IMG/VR virus record: IMGVR_UViG_3300036783_000017
Location: 1-43,098 of that record
Reading direction: 5' to 3' (one strand)
From: a virus
Taxonomy: Duplodnaviria; Caudoviricetes
DNA length: 43,098 nt
The position numbers and the translations under genes are program-made. The notes beneath the pieces were generated by a model, which searched no databases, had not been told where the DNA came from, and saw only the letters and a program-made list of their open reading frames with translations. This document shows, in pieces, positions 1-9,174 of this stretch. Numbering within the stretch: position 1 is the stretch's first letter; every line of letters starts with the position of its first letter.

Positions 1-127
1 GCGTTCGGAGACGCGCGTACGGCAAGCCATCCACTACATGGGGGCCGCTCTTACGGTCGCTGCCGCTGAACAGTCGTCCGAGCATCGGGCCAACGGCGGG
101 GACGCGAAGAACGACCCGGGGGAGCGG
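1..127. repeat. Terminal direct repeat, identical to 42972-43098 (circular-assembly overlap)
   Basis: Exact 127-bp identity between the two ends, falling inside a coding sequence; 127 is a common assembler k-mer length. Confidence 0.95.
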
Positions 128-1288
128 CTTCGGAAGGTTGCGAAGGGCTTCACGCTGACCCGGAACATTGACTCACTCATGCGTGAGCTTCGGGCCGTCC
201 CGTCCGTTCACGTGGACGCTTCCGACTTTGACGCGAACCCGGACTTGCTCACGTTCAAGAACGGGACCGTTCACCTTCCCACGGGTGAGATGCACGCGCA
301 CCGCAAAGAGGACATGCTTACGTACGCGCTCGATATCGAGTACAACCCCCGCGCGGAGTGCCCCCGTTGGGAAGCGTTCCTTGACGAGATTTTCCCCGGC
401 AATCCTGACCTTCCCTCGTTCATGCGACGCATGATCGGGTACGGGATCAGCGGGCATGTCTCGGAACAGTGCTTTGCGGTTTTCTGGGGGAAGGGTGCCA
501 ACGGTAAGAGCGTGCTCACCGACACGCTTACGCACGTCTTCCGCACCATTTCCAAGACCACGCCGTTTGCCACGTTTGAGGAAAAGCACGGTGGCGGTAT
601 CCCCAACGACATTGCAGCGTTGCGGGGTAGCCGGTTGGTCATGGCGTCTGAGGGTGAGTCCGGTAAGCCCATGTCCGAAGCGATCCTTAAGCGGGTCACC
701 GGTAAGGACATGATTGCCGCTCGCTTCCTGCGGCAAGAATTCTTTGAGTTCAAGCCGTCTTTCCTCTTGATGCTCGCCACGAACCACAAGCCCCGTTTCA
801 AGGGTCAGGACGAGGGGCTTTGGCGACGAGTCAAGATGGTGCCTTTCAAGCGGTGGTTCGCCCCTCACGAGCGTGACCACCACCTTGACACCAAGCTTGC
901 CGCTGAGTCCGAAGGTATTGCCGCATGGGCCGTTCGCGGCGCTATGGAGTGGTACCGGGACGGACTCAAGGACCCGGACGTAATCACGAGCGCGGGCAAG
1001 GAATACCGAGAGACTTCGGACGCGCTTGCCGGGTTCTTCCCGGGCGTTCTCGAAACGGGCCCTGAGACATGCATGGTCAACGGCAATGAGGCGTTCAATC
1101 TCTACCTTGAGTGGTGTGAGGCTGAGAACCTGCCGGGCCGTGAGCGGTGGACCCGGACGACGTTTTACAGCGCCATGGAAGAGCGCGGGGTGACCCGGAA
1201 GAAGACCAACAAGGGGATTGCTCTTGTGGGTTGTCGTGTCGCCAACGCTGCCCCCGAAGCAACCGGGCCGGGCATCTTCGCCAAGTAA
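1..1288 (+). CDS. Primase-helicase (P4/D5 family), C-terminal SF3 helicase part; continues from 41749 across the circular junction (836 aa in total)
   Basis: Walker A GKGANGKS, LATNHKP and D5-type C-terminus; in frame with the ORF starting at 41749 (position 43009 equals position 38). Confidence 0.93.
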   Translation, partial: RSETRVRQAIHYMGAALTVAAAEQSSEHRANGGDAKNDPGERLRKVAKGFTLTRNIDSLMRELRAVPSVHVDASDFDANPDLLTFKNGTVHLPTGEMHAHRKEDMLTYALDIEYNPRAECPRWEAFLDEIFPGNPDLPSFMRRMIGYGISGHVSEQCFAVFWGKGANGKSVLTDTLTHVFRTISKTTPFATFEEKHGGGIPNDIAALRGSRLVMASEGESGKPMSEAILKRVTGKDMIAARFLRQEFFEFKPSFLLMLATNHKPRFKGQDEGLWRRVKMVPFKRWFAPHERDHHLDTKLAAESEGIAAWAVRGAMEWYRDGLKDPDVITSAGKEYRETSDALAGFFPGVLETGPETCMVNGNEAFNLYLEWCEAENLPGRERWTRTTFYSAMEERGVTRKKTNKGIALVGCRVANAAPEATGPGIFAK

Positions 1289-1316
1289 CCGAATACGCAC
1301 ACCCGTTGAGGGGCTA

Positions 1317-1333
1317 CCTACTCAAGTAGTAGG
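1317..1333 (+). promoter_or_regulatory. 17-bp operator (conserved inverted repeat) inside an extended hairpin at 1308-1342
   Basis: CCTACTCAAGTAGTAGG flanked by GAGGGGCTA...TGGCCCCTC. Confidence 0.85.
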
Positions 1334-1364
1334 TGGCCCCTCTTCGTTTGAGGGGAGAGAGCTA

Positions 1365-3212
1365 GTGCAGACCTACCGCCACAACGTGGCCGGGGAGACG
1401 GTTACCGTACGCGTCCCGCAGGATGCGCGGGACCTTGACCGGTTCCGGGATTGGGTGCGTACCGCCAACGAGCGGGGCCCTATCGCGCTGGACACGGAGA
1501 CCACCGGGCTTGACATCTACGGACAGGCGTACCGTCTCCGCACCGTTCAGTTTGGGGACGAGCGGGAAGCGTGGGTAATCCACTGGGAGCGCGGGAACGA
1601 GTTCAGGCACTCGGCACTGTGGGCCCTTGAGGTCATCAAGCGATTCCGAATCCACAATGCGCCGTTTGATTGGCTCGTGTTGGACCGACATGCGGGGGTG
1701 CCGCTCGAATCGCTCGCACCGCGCACCGTAGACACGAAGCTACTTGCCGGGCTCGTGGACCCCCGGCAGCCTCAAGAGGGGGGCATTGGGACCGGCCTCA
1801 AGCCTCTCAGTGCGTACTACGTGGACCCGTCCGCCCCGGACACCCAGGGGGACCTTACGGCGGTCTTCCGGTCGCTTGGCCTCACTAAGGCCACCGGGTG
1901 GGCCGGTATCGACCTTGACCACCCCACGTACAACTTGTACGCCGGTCTTGACGTGATCCTCACGAGCCGTGTTGCTCCGGTTCTTGCCGCTGAGCTTGCC
2001 CGGTTGGGCGTCCGTGACGTGCTTGTGCAGTACGAACACGAGATAGCCCGTATCTGTGCAGTGATGCAGCGCAAGGGCATGATCCTTGACGAAGATTACG
2101 TTCGTACCCTGTCCGGCATCCTGCGGGAGGAAGAGGCGGAGTACGCGACCGTAGCCGCCCGCTACGGTGTCGAGAACGTCAACTCAACCCGTCAGATTGC
2201 CGAAGCCCTGATTGGCATGGGGGAGACGCTGACGGAGCGCACGGCGTCCGGCGCCATCAAGGTTGATAAAGCCGTCTTGCTCTCGCTCGCTGACATGTCG
2301 TTGCAGTGGGAGCGACTGAACACGCGAACCCCTAACCCGCTCGCTGACGCGGTGCTGAGGAGTAAGCGCGCCGGTAAGTGGTGCACTGCATACGCGGATA
2401 CGTTCCTTGAGACCGTGGACGAGAACGGACGCATTCACCCGTTCATCAATTCCATGCAAGCCCGAACCGGTCGCATGTCGATTACGCGTCCGGCGCTCCA
2501 AACGCTTCCGTCTTCGGATCAGATGGTGAGGCGTGCCCTACTCGCTGAGCCGGGGCACGTGATGATTTCGACCGACTTTGCAGCCGTTGAAATGCGCGTG
2601 TTGGCTGCCCTTGCCGACGTGAAGAAGATGAAGGAAGCAATTCGGACCGGGCAAGACTTGCACGACTTCACGGCCCGGCTCGTCTTCGGTGACGGCTTCA
2701 CTAAGGCTCACCGGAAACTCTGTAAGGGTGTCGGCTTCGGCAAGGTGTACGGCGGTGGCGCGGCCACCATTGCCCGGCAGACCGGTGCACCCATGGACGA
2801 CGTACAGCGCGCCATTGCCGCGTATGACCGCGTGTATCCGGAGATCAAGCGCGCGTCTGCCCGGTGGCAGCGTGAGGCGTTCCAATCCGGCATGGTCCAC
2901 GTGTCGGCAACCGGTAGGCGGCTTCCGCTGGACCGTGACCGTACGTACGCCGTGGTCAACTACGCGTGTCAGTCCGCTGCCCGTGACGTGTTGGGACAGT
3001 CCCTCTTGCACATCGAAGAGGCGGGGCTACTGGACACGTTGCGGCTCCCGATCCATGACGAGGTTCTTGTTTCTGCCCCCGCGAACGAGGCGGAAGAGAT
3101 CGCCCGGGAGATTGAGCGTTGCATGACGTTCGAACTCTTCGGCGTCCCCATTGAGGCTGAGGCGGAGATTGGTAGGCGCTCGTGGGGCAGCCTGTACGGG
3201 GCTGACTTTTAG
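1365..3212 (+). CDS. DNA polymerase family A with 3'-5' exonuclease
   Basis: Exo motif ALDTETTGL, RTGRMS, DFAAVEMRVLA, K..GFGKVYGGG, IHDEV; GTG at 1365 after a GAGGGGAG RBS. Confidence 0.95.
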   Translation: MQTYRHNVAGETVTVRVPQDARDLDRFRDWVRTANERGPIALDTETTGLDIYGQAYRLRTVQFGDEREAWVIHWERGNEFRHSALWALEVIKRFRIHNAPFDWLVLDRHAGVPLESLAPRTVDTKLLAGLVDPRQPQEGGIGTGLKPLSAYYVDPSAPDTQGDLTAVFRSLGLTKATGWAGIDLDHPTYNLYAGLDVILTSRVAPVLAAELARLGVRDVLVQYEHEIARICAVMQRKGMILDEDYVRTLSGILREEEAEYATVAARYGVENVNSTRQIAEALIGMGETLTERTASGAIKVDKAVLLSLADMSLQWERLNTRTPNPLADAVLRSKRAGKWCTAYADTFLETVDENGRIHPFINSMQARTGRMSITRPALQTLPSSDQMVRRALLAEPGHVMISTDFAAVEMRVLAALADVKKMKEAIRTGQDLHDFTARLVFGDGFTKAHRKLCKGVGFGKVYGGGAATIARQTGAPMDDVQRAIAAYDRVYPEIKRASARWQREAFQSGMVHVSATGRRLPLDRDRTYAVVNYACQSAARDVLGQSLLHIEEAGLLDTLRLPIHDEVLVSAPANEAEEIAREIERCMTFELFGVPIEAEAEIGRRSWGSLYGADF

Positions 3213-3277
3213 TCACTTTGTGACGTGAGCCACATGAGTAGGTGACTCTCAGTTGTTACCAAAACACCACGGAGTCA

Positions 3278-3326
3278 CCTACTCAAGTAGTAGGCGGTGA
3301 CCTGCGTCACCTACTCAAGTAGTAGG
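3278..3326 (+). promoter_or_regulatory. Tandem operators (3278-3294, 3310-3326) upstream of the sigma-like gene; half-sites near 3235-3248 and 3498-3511
   Basis: Two perfect CCTACTCAAGTAGTAGG copies in a ~525-bp intergenic region. Confidence 0.85.
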
Positions 3327-3551
3327 TGGGGTCAGTTCCCGCCACACAGTCCAAGATCAAACCTTCTGTACTGCGAATCCATGCTTGTGACACGCCGGTG
3401 ACTTCCTTACATCCAAAGGATGAGGCCGGGTCACGCCTTGGAAACCTCTACAACTACAAGCCAAACGCCTACGTCTAACCGGGCAGAACGACCGTTGCCA
3501 CCTACTCAAGTGGGACGTAAGTTCACCTCAGCAACGACGTACGGCCCTGAT

Positions 3552-3584
3552 CAAGCCCCGTCGTCACACCCCGGACGGGGCTTG
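3552..3584. terminator. Stem-loop, possible terminator
   Basis: CAAGCCCCGTC...GACGGGGCTTG inverted repeat. Confidence 0.5.
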
Positions 3585-3683
3585 GTTCGTTGTGTCTCAG
3601 CTCACCCATGCCGTGGCACCCCCTTGCCCAAAACAAGGTGTGACCTAGGTCACTTGATCTAGTCACCGATTCGGCCCCGTTCG

Positions 3684-3699
3684 GGAATCCCTTGCGCTC
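3684..3699 (+). promoter_or_regulatory. Phage-specific promoter-like motif (variant)
   Basis: GGAATCCCTTGCGCTC, ~40 bp upstream of the sigma-like gene. Confidence 0.55.
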
Positions 3700-3737
3700 C
3701 AGCGCAAGCAGGAACCCACCGAACGGAGAGCCGAACC

Positions 3738-4547
3738 ATGCTGAACCTGACTCTTGAGCAGATCACCGCCGCGAAGAACAACGACGCTTCCGCCGTTGCC
3801 CACGTGGTCAACGAGACCGAAGAGCGGGTTACGCAGCTTGCCCGTAAGTACGCCACCACGGGCGGCTTCACGGACTATGCGCTTATGGACGACCTTGCGC
3901 AGGAAGGGCGTATTGAACTGTGGAAGGCCATAGCCCGGTTTGAGGGTGTGAGCGTCGCTCAGTTCTTCACCTTCATTGACCAGACCCTCAAGGGGGTCAT
4001 GAGCAGTCAGCGCCGCGCAAGCACGCGCCACGGTGTCTCTGAGGATGTGGCCAAGTATTTTGAGTCGGCGCTGACCCTTGCGCACGGCGACCCGTACGAG
4101 GCTGAGCGCATCTGCACTGACGCAGAGATCATGGGCAAGCGCCGCATGTCCACGGAAATGGCGTACGCGGCCCGTCTCTCGTGGCAGGGGCTTGACTCCA
4201 TCGACACCCCCGCCACCACAGACGAGGGGGATGAGACCACGATTGGTGACCGTGTCCATTCCACCATCGGTCTTCCGGAAGACCTGATTGAGCCCCGGGA
4301 CATTGAGACCGCGCGGCAGCGCGAGACGGCGCGGAACGTTCATGACGCGCTGAACAAGATGGGCAAGAAGAGCGCTGACATTCTCCGTGGTACCTACGGC
4401 GTCAGCCCCGCCCCGATGGCTTTCGGAACCGAGAACGAAGACTTGCTTGCCGATTGGGTCGGCATGGCTAAGTCGCTCGTCCGGCAGAACCGGTCTAAGG
4501 CCAAGACCCGGTTCCGTGACCTTTACCTCAAGGGTGCGAATTCCTGA
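3738..4547 (+). CDS. Sigma-70 region 2/4-like phage transcription factor (phiC31 gp12-like)
   Basis: DDLAQEGRIELWKAIARF (region 2-like) plus a C-terminal HTH-like segment; GGAGAG RBS; lies directly after the polymerase as in phiC31. Confidence 0.8.
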   Translation: MLNLTLEQITAAKNNDASAVAHVVNETEERVTQLARKYATTGGFTDYALMDDLAQEGRIELWKAIARFEGVSVAQFFTFIDQTLKGVMSSQRRASTRHGVSEDVAKYFESALTLAHGDPYEAERICTDAEIMGKRRMSTEMAYAARLSWQGLDSIDTPATTDEGDETTIGDRVHSTIGLPEDLIEPRDIETARQRETARNVHDALNKMGKKSADILRGTYGVSPAPMAFGTENEDLLADWVGMAKSLVRQNRSKAKTRFRDLYLKGANS

Positions 4548-4550
4548 GCT

Positions 4551-4569
4551 GGAATCCCTTCCCCTCAAG
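4551..4569 (+). promoter_or_regulatory. Phage-specific promoter-like motif
   Basis: GGAATCCCTTCCCCTCAAG immediately after the sigma-like stop codon. Confidence 0.7.
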
Positions 4570-4603
4570 CCCAACTAGAGACCACCACTCAGGAGAGAAC
4601 GCC

Positions 4604-4768
4604 ATGAACAAGTTCCGCGCTGCCGACGGTTCCACCATCGAACTCACGCCCCGGGGTCACCTCGTGGACATGCACGTAAAGAGCGCCACCGGCCGGACCG
4701 TGGCCACGGTCGTGAAGACCACCGACGAGGCTTCGGCCCTGATTGCCGGTCTCAAGGCGGGCGCGTAA
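4604..4768 (+). CDS. Hypothetical protein, 54 aa (MNKFRAADGSTIELTPRG...)
   Basis: Read manually; AGGAGAG RBS; fills the gap after the promoter motif. Confidence 0.75.
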   Translation: MNKFRAADGSTIELTPRGHLVDMHVKSATGRTVATVVKTTDEASALIAGLKAGA

Positions 4769-4891
4769 GTGCCGGGCGTAACGGGGCGTGCCCCGTGGGA
4801 CCGACACCGAAGCTACTGCGAATGCTGCACCGAAGAGCCTGCCGAAGTCTGGGTTGAAAGCCCGACAGTCCCCGCTAAGGAGAGAGCCGAA

Positions 4892-5149
4892 ATGATGAAC
4901 GAGACCCGAGAGACTAAGGCCACCATGAACGGCGCGGTGGGGCGCGTCATCGCGTGGCACAACGACAAGGAAGTTAGCCACGTATCGCTTGCCGTTCCGG
5001 GTGACCGGGTGAAGCTCACCCCGGCTCAGGCGCGCGCTCTCGGCAAGTGGCTGATGGACCACGCCGACGAGATCAACGGCGCTGAGGTTCGCGCACGGGC
5101 AAAGGTCATGGGGGAGCGGCTTCGTGCTGCCGGGGTGACCCGGTGGTGA
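4892..5149 (+). CDS. Hypothetical protein (alternative start 4769)
   Basis: AAGGAGAG RBS before ATG 4892. Confidence 0.7.
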   Translation: MMNETRETKATMNGAVGRVIAWHNDKEVSHVSLAVPGDRVKLTPAQARALGKWLMDHADEINGAEVRARAKVMGERLRAAGVTRW

Positions 5150-5319
5150 AGGGGTTTGACTTCGGGCCGCAGACCGATTCGGAGTACGTAGCCGACCGGG
5201 CCGACATATGGCGGGCGGCACGGGCCCTACTCGACTCGTACGAGTGGGAAGAGAAACCCGACCCGTACGACGTAATAGGCGTGGCTCAGTTCCTCGCTGG
5301 TGACACAACCGAAAAGTGA
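5146..5319 (+). CDS. Hypothetical protein, 57 aa ([20 protein letters not shown]...)
   Basis: Read manually; GTGA overlap with the previous stop codon. Confidence 0.7.
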   Translation: MKGFDFGPQTDSEYVADRADIWRAARALLDSYEWEEKPDPYDVIGVAQFLAGDTTEK

Positions 5320-5337
5320 CCAACCCGGGACCGGTCT

Positions 5338-5354
5338 CCTACTCAAGTAGTAGG
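5338..5354 (+). promoter_or_regulatory. Operator inside a hairpin at 5327-5365
   Basis: Perfect 17-mer; GGGACCGG...CCGGTCCC arms followed by TTT. Confidence 0.85.
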
Positions 5355-5387
5355 TGGCCGGTCCCTTTGGTTAAGGAGAGAGCACGA

Positions 5388-6101
5388 ATGAACGTTGATG
5401 TGATCGCGTCCACCGTTATGCGTGATGTTCCGCTGTACGACGCTTACGGGTATGACGTGTGGCCGTTCGGAAGCGTTGAGCACATCACGGACGCTGACGC
5501 ACTCGGGGAGACTTCCGGGCGTCTCTGTTACAAGAGCTTCAACCGGCCCAACCCGAAGACCGCCGCGAACGCCGACTACATGGCGAACATCCTTCGGCAG
5601 GGGCATTACTCGGTTCTCGAACACTCTTCGGTCTCGTTCCTCGTCCGGGGCGTTTCCCGGGCCCTACTCGCTGAGCTGAGCCGACACCGCCACCTGAGCC
5701 TTTCCGTGGTCTCTCAGCGGTATGTGAACTACGACGACACGGAACCGGTCATCCCTCCCGCACTTGAGGGGACCGGCGCTGAGGATGTGGTTAACGCTGC
5801 CTACGGTCACGCGTCTGAGGTTTACACGGGACTCGTCAACTACTTGATGAAGACTCAGGGGCTCAAGCGAAAGCAAGCACGCGAAGCCGCACGGGCCGTA
5901 CTTCCGAATGCCGCCCCCGTAGACATGGTGGTTACCGGCAACCTTCGCGCATGGCGTGACGTTCTCGGCAAGCGGTGGCACGTGGCCGCTGACGCTGAGA
6001 TATGCCGCTTTGCTTCGTTCATCCTGGGGCACCTTCGGGACCTTGCCCCCAACAGCGTTCAGGACATCCCCGACGAGCCTTACGGGAGCGACGACAAGTG
6101 A
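5388..6101 (+). CDS. thyX: FAD-dependent thymidylate synthase
   Basis: GHYSVLEH and [14 protein letters not shown] ThyX motif; AAGGAG RBS. Confidence 0.95.
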   Translation: MNVDVIASTVMRDVPLYDAYGYDVWPFGSVEHITDADALGETSGRLCYKSFNRPNPKTAANADYMANILRQGHYSVLEHSSVSFLVRGVSRALLAELSRHRHLSLSVVSQRYVNYDDTEPVIPPALEGTGAEDVVNAAYGHASEVYTGLVNYLMKTQGLKRKQAREAARAVLPNAAPVDMVVTGNLRAWRDVLGKRWHVAADAEICRFASFILGHLRDLAPNSVQDIPDEPYGSDDK

Positions 6102-6442
6102 ACGAGCGTGACCCCAGGGAATCCCGGTTGCCGAAGTGGGCACAAGAGGAACTGTCATCGCTGCGGTACAAGCTTGAGGTGGAGCGGCAGCGCGTAGAAG
6201 AGATGCGCGGGAACGTTCCGAACGCTGACACCTTCGTGAGGGACTACACGAGCAAGGATCGGCCCCTTCCGCTAGGTGCGCGGGTCGCTTTCCATACGGT
6301 CCCCGATGACGGGCGACTCAGGCGCGCAATCATTGCGCACGTGGAAGACGGGAAGTTGTGCATTCAGGGTGACCACTCGTTCGTGATCCACCCCCGCGCA
6401 TCGAACAGTGTCTACATTGAGTTTGAGGAAAGGTACCGGTGA
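6098..6442 (+). CDS. Hypothetical protein
   Basis: GTGA overlaps on both sides; operonic position. Confidence 0.7.
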   Translation: MNERDPRESRLPKWAQEELSSLRYKLEVERQRVEEMRGNVPNADTFVRDYTSKDRPLPLGARVAFHTVPDDGRLRRAIIAHVEDGKLCIQGDHSFVIHPRASNSVYIEFEERYR

Positions 6443-6840
6443 GCCGACCCGACTTTGATTCGTACTACCTTGCCGGGGCTGAGTGGGCGGCAACGCGTGC
6501 CGACTGCACCCGCTCTCAGGTGGGGGCCATGCTCGTATCACGAGAGCACCGGGTGACCCCGGGCTACAACGGACTTCCGTCCGGCATACCCGGGTGTGCG
6601 TCTGCCGGGAACTGCCCGCGCGGGAAGCTGAGCCCGGACGACTGCAAGCCGGATAGCGATTACGCGAACTGTGCCGCGAACCATGCGGAGTACAACGCGA
6701 TTACTCGCGCTCGTCCGGAAGACTTGCCGGGTGCCACGCTGTACGTGACGCGCACCCCATGCCCGGCGTGCTGGACTTTGATTGAGTCCGCCGGTCTCGC
6801 CCGGGTTGTAACGCCTGAGCGCAAATACCGGCGTCCGTGA
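6439..6840 (+). CDS. dCMP deaminase
   Basis: HAEYNA...PCPAC zinc motif, GYNG. Confidence 0.92.
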   Translation: MSRPDFDSYYLAGAEWAATRADCTRSQVGAMLVSREHRVTPGYNGLPSGIPGCASAGNCPRGKLSPDDCKPDSDYANCAANHAEYNAITRARPEDLPGATLYVTRTPCPACWTLIESAGLARVVTPERKYRRP

Positions 6841-6845
6841 AACTG

Positions 6846-6876
6846 GCCCCCTGCCCTTTTGGGGTGGGGGGTCTTT
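6846..6876 (+). terminator. Probable intrinsic terminator
   Basis: GCCCCCTGCCC-TTTT-GGGGTGGGGGGT followed by CTTT. Confidence 0.6.
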
Positions 6877-6945
6877 GCATTCCGTAGGGAATTTCCCCCC
6901 TTTGATATCCTGACTCGGAATGTCCGAAATTCAGGAGGGGATTTC

Positions 6946-7230
6946 ATGCGTCGCCTTGTATGCGCTATCGCGCTCGCCGTGGTCGCGCTCACGCTTTCCG
7001 CTTGCGGTAGTTCCGATGGGGGATACCCGGGCCTTGATGCGCTTAACGCCACGAGCGCCGGGAGTGCGAGCACATCCGATAAGGAACGAATTCTTAAGTC
7101 CGTGTGTGAGACGGGCGCGAAGGAAGGCGAGGCGGGGGAATTCGCCACGGCTGCCAACCGCACATTCGGAACGTCGCTGAGCGCCGACGAGGCGCGCGGG
7201 ATCATCAAGGCGAAGTCCCCAGACTGCTAA
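6946..7230 (+). CDS. Small lipoprotein (possible superinfection-exclusion moron)
   Basis: MRR, hydrophobic stretch, then lipobox LSA-C; AGGAGG RBS; follows a terminator. Confidence 0.75.
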   Translation: MRRLVCAIALAVVALTLSACGSSDGGYPGLDALNATSAGSASTSDKERILKSVCETGAKEGEAGEFATAANRTFGTSLSADEARGIIKAKSPDC

Positions 7231-7254
7231 GGCTGTGAGCCACGTCACACCCCA

Positions 7255-7291
7255 TCTACTACTTGAGTAGGTGGGGTGTCGTGCGTATGGT
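7255..7291 (+). promoter_or_regulatory. Operator (reverse orientation, 1 mismatch) overlapping a host-type promoter TTGAGT-17-TATGGT
   Basis: -35 at 7263-7268 inside the operator, -10 at 7286-7291. Confidence 0.7.
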
Positions 7292-7328
7292 GGGCCCGCA
7301 CTCACGCACGCACGACGAAGGGGAACCG

Positions 7329-7478
7329 ATGAAGCTCAAGCCCGGACAGGAATACACCGCCCGTTGCGAGTGTGGGCACGCGTGGCGGTACATGGTTCTG
7401 CGGGGAGACCTTGAAGCCGGACGGGCCCCGCTTTGCCCGGTGTGCATGACGCGCAGACCAGCGGGCAATGTGAAGTAG
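7329..7478 (+). CDS. Small Zn-ribbon protein, 49 aa
   Basis: CECGH...CPVC; GAAGGGG RBS. Confidence 0.65.
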   Translation: MKLKPGQEYTARCECGHAWRYMVLRGDLEAGRAPLCPVCMTRRPAGNVK

Positions 7479-7496
7479 TCCACACGGAGAGGGCCA

Positions 7497-7533
7497 CCTA
7501 CTACTTGAGTAGGTGGCCCTCTTGCCGTACTGT
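7497..7533 (+). promoter_or_regulatory. Operator (reverse orientation) overlapping a host-type promoter TTGAGT-17-TACTGT
   Basis: -35 at 7505-7510 inside the operator, -10 at 7528-7533. Confidence 0.7.
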
Positions 7534-7564
7534 CAGACGCGCAACAGCGACGAAGGGTGAGGCA

Positions 7565-8131
7565 ATGTTCAAGGGTCAGATGGTCACGGCGCACACGGGC
7601 ACCACGAAGCGGGGCACGTACAAGGTGGTTACCGGCACCATCGTTGACTTTGAGGCCCGGAACATCACGCCGAACCACTACGTGGTTGACGTTGTGATTG
7701 AGGCTGACGGCATCCTGTACCGCACGGGACAGGGGCGCGTCATTGAGGTATTCGACACTAAGGCGGAAGAGTCCGTTGCCGTAGTCGAGACCGAAGACGA
7801 GGTTGAGCCGGTTGAGGCTCGTCCCGCCATTGCCGGTGAAGTGGTCCACACAGTGGACATGCCCGGCGGCTTCGCTGACTACATCGACGGAACGAACTTC
7901 GTTGCCGGTGGTGACGACATAGACCCGGACTGCAAGGCCGCTCGTCTCGCGTACGAGGGTGCGCGGTACATCAAGCGGGGCCGTGGGTACACGCTGCGGA
8001 TTACGGCCGGTAGGGGAGCGCTGGACGTGTTCACGGACTACGCGGAAAACCTGCTTGCCATGGCGGACGTGTTCACTCGCGCTGAGATCAGCGGGGCTAC
8101 GAAGTGGCTTGAGCGTGTGGCTAGTGTCTGA
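7565..8131 (+). CDS. Hypothetical protein (probably immediate-early)
   Basis: ORF with GGGTGAGG RBS behind an operator-controlled promoter. Confidence 0.75.
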   Translation: MFKGQMVTAHTGTTKRGTYKVVTGTIVDFEARNITPNHYVVDVVIEADGILYRTGQGRVIEVFDTKAEESVAVVETEDEVEPVEARPAIAGEVVHTVDMPGGFADYIDGTNFVAGGDDIDPDCKAARLAYEGARYIKRGRGYTLRITAGRGALDVFTDYAENLLAMADVFTRAEISGATKWLERVASV

Positions 8132-8185
8132 CTCTGCCGTGCCGTACCCTCGTACCTACCGACACACCAACCCGAAGGGGAGATC

Positions 8186-8377
8186 ATGACGACGAAGCCG
8201 AAGCCGAAGACTAGGGCGGCGAAGAACATCAAGGCGGGGGATTGGGTGGTATTCGGCAGTCTGGCGTGGTGGGCCGGTGAGCCGTGGCAGGAAGACGGGA
8301 AGGTGTTCATTCCCTTCGGGTACACGGTGGAAGAGTTCCGACCGGATGAGCGATTGAAGATGGATTACAGCAACTAG
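8186..8377 (+). CDS. Hypothetical protein, 63 aa
   Basis: GAAGGGGAG RBS; followed by a terminator. Confidence 0.7.
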   Translation: MTTKPKPKTRAAKNIKAGDWVVFGSLAWWAGEPWQEDGKVFIPFGYTVEEFRPDERLKMDYSN

Positions 8378-8383
8378 CAGACG

Positions 8384-8407
8384 GCCCCGCTTCGGCGGGG
8401 CTTTCTT
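8384..8407 (+). terminator. Intrinsic terminator
   Basis: GCCCCGC-TTCG-GCGGGGC followed by TTTCTT. Confidence 0.8.
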
Positions 8408-8435
8408 GCGTTTGAGGGTCCTCACCCTAGAGCCG

Positions 8436-8551
8436 CCTACTACTTGAGTAGGTGGCTCTTTTTGCGTTGTGTGTACGTTACACATACGTTATATTCACGT
8501 GATCACTTTCACAAACGCATAGCTATACGGACCACCTACTACTTGAGTAGA
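8436..8551. promoter_or_regulatory. Two operators (8436-8452; 8535-8551 with 1 mismatch) flanking an AT-rich segment with a Crp-like box (8498-8513)
   Basis: CCTACTACTTGAGTAG(G/A) twice; CGTGA-TCACTT-TCACA between them. Confidence 0.75.
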
Positions 8552-8721
8552 CGATCATGGACTAGGTAGTCAGTTCCTCAACTACCGCACCACCATTGGG
8601 AGTTACCGCGCGTCTACTGCGTAAGGAGTAGGGCCCCTCGTCCTTTGAGCTGACTTGTTCGAATTTCAAACACGACCCTGCGGCGGATGGTGTCGTGCGA
8701 CACATTTGCAAAGGTTGAGTC

Positions 8722-9126
8722 ATGCCAATTCCGCCATACGAAGTAGAACTTTCAGTCACAATCCCCGTGGTCAACGCGGGTGGACACGTTGAGTACCGCA
8801 CGTGTCCGGCGCTTGAAGAGCTGCGGGACGTGGACCAAATCGACGGGTGGCGAGACCTTACGCTTGTGCTCAAGGCACACAGCACCGCCGTAGCTCAGAT
8901 CATCGGGCAGCACCCATGCCGGGGGTTCCGGATGGCCGCCCGGGGAACTCTGTCCCGCCGGTTGCTGGGTGTCGCTGAGTGGGTGAAGTCGCGTGAAACC
9001 GGCGCGCTCGTCCCCCGAATGCTGTGGACGGCTGAGGGGTTGTTCCCGCTCAACCCGTGGGGGGACGGGCCGGTAACTCCCCTCACCGGGCTAAGTCATG
9101 TAACCCCCAGGAAGGCCGCCGCGTAG
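8722..9126 (+). CDS. Hypothetical protein (accessory cassette gene 1)
   Basis: 134-aa ORF, AAAGG upstream; no family recognised. Confidence 0.6.
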   Translation: MPIPPYEVELSVTIPVVNAGGHVEYRTCPALEELRDVDQIDGWRDLTLVLKAHSTAVAQIIGQHPCRGFRMAARGTLSRRLLGVAEWVKSRETGALVPRMLWTAEGLFPLNPWGDGPVTPLTGLSHVTPRKAAA

Positions 9127-9174
9127 CACACCCGGTAACCGGATGCTCACATTCCACTTAGGGAGGACACCGCC

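Noticed and set aside
38-1288. Independent 416-aa helicase starting at ATG 38
   Set aside because: It is the C-terminal half of the ORF beginning at 41749, which continues in frame across the junction
1218-1364. N-terminal extensions predicted by the ORF track (also 5316, 14081, 23081, 34280, 40300)
   Set aside because: They run through operators or terminators; downstream starts have proper RBS-like sequences
5388-6840. ThyX, deaminase and kinase as a modified-base pathway
   Set aside because: This is an ordinary dTTP-supply set as in phiC31-like phages; no base-modifying enzymes were recognised
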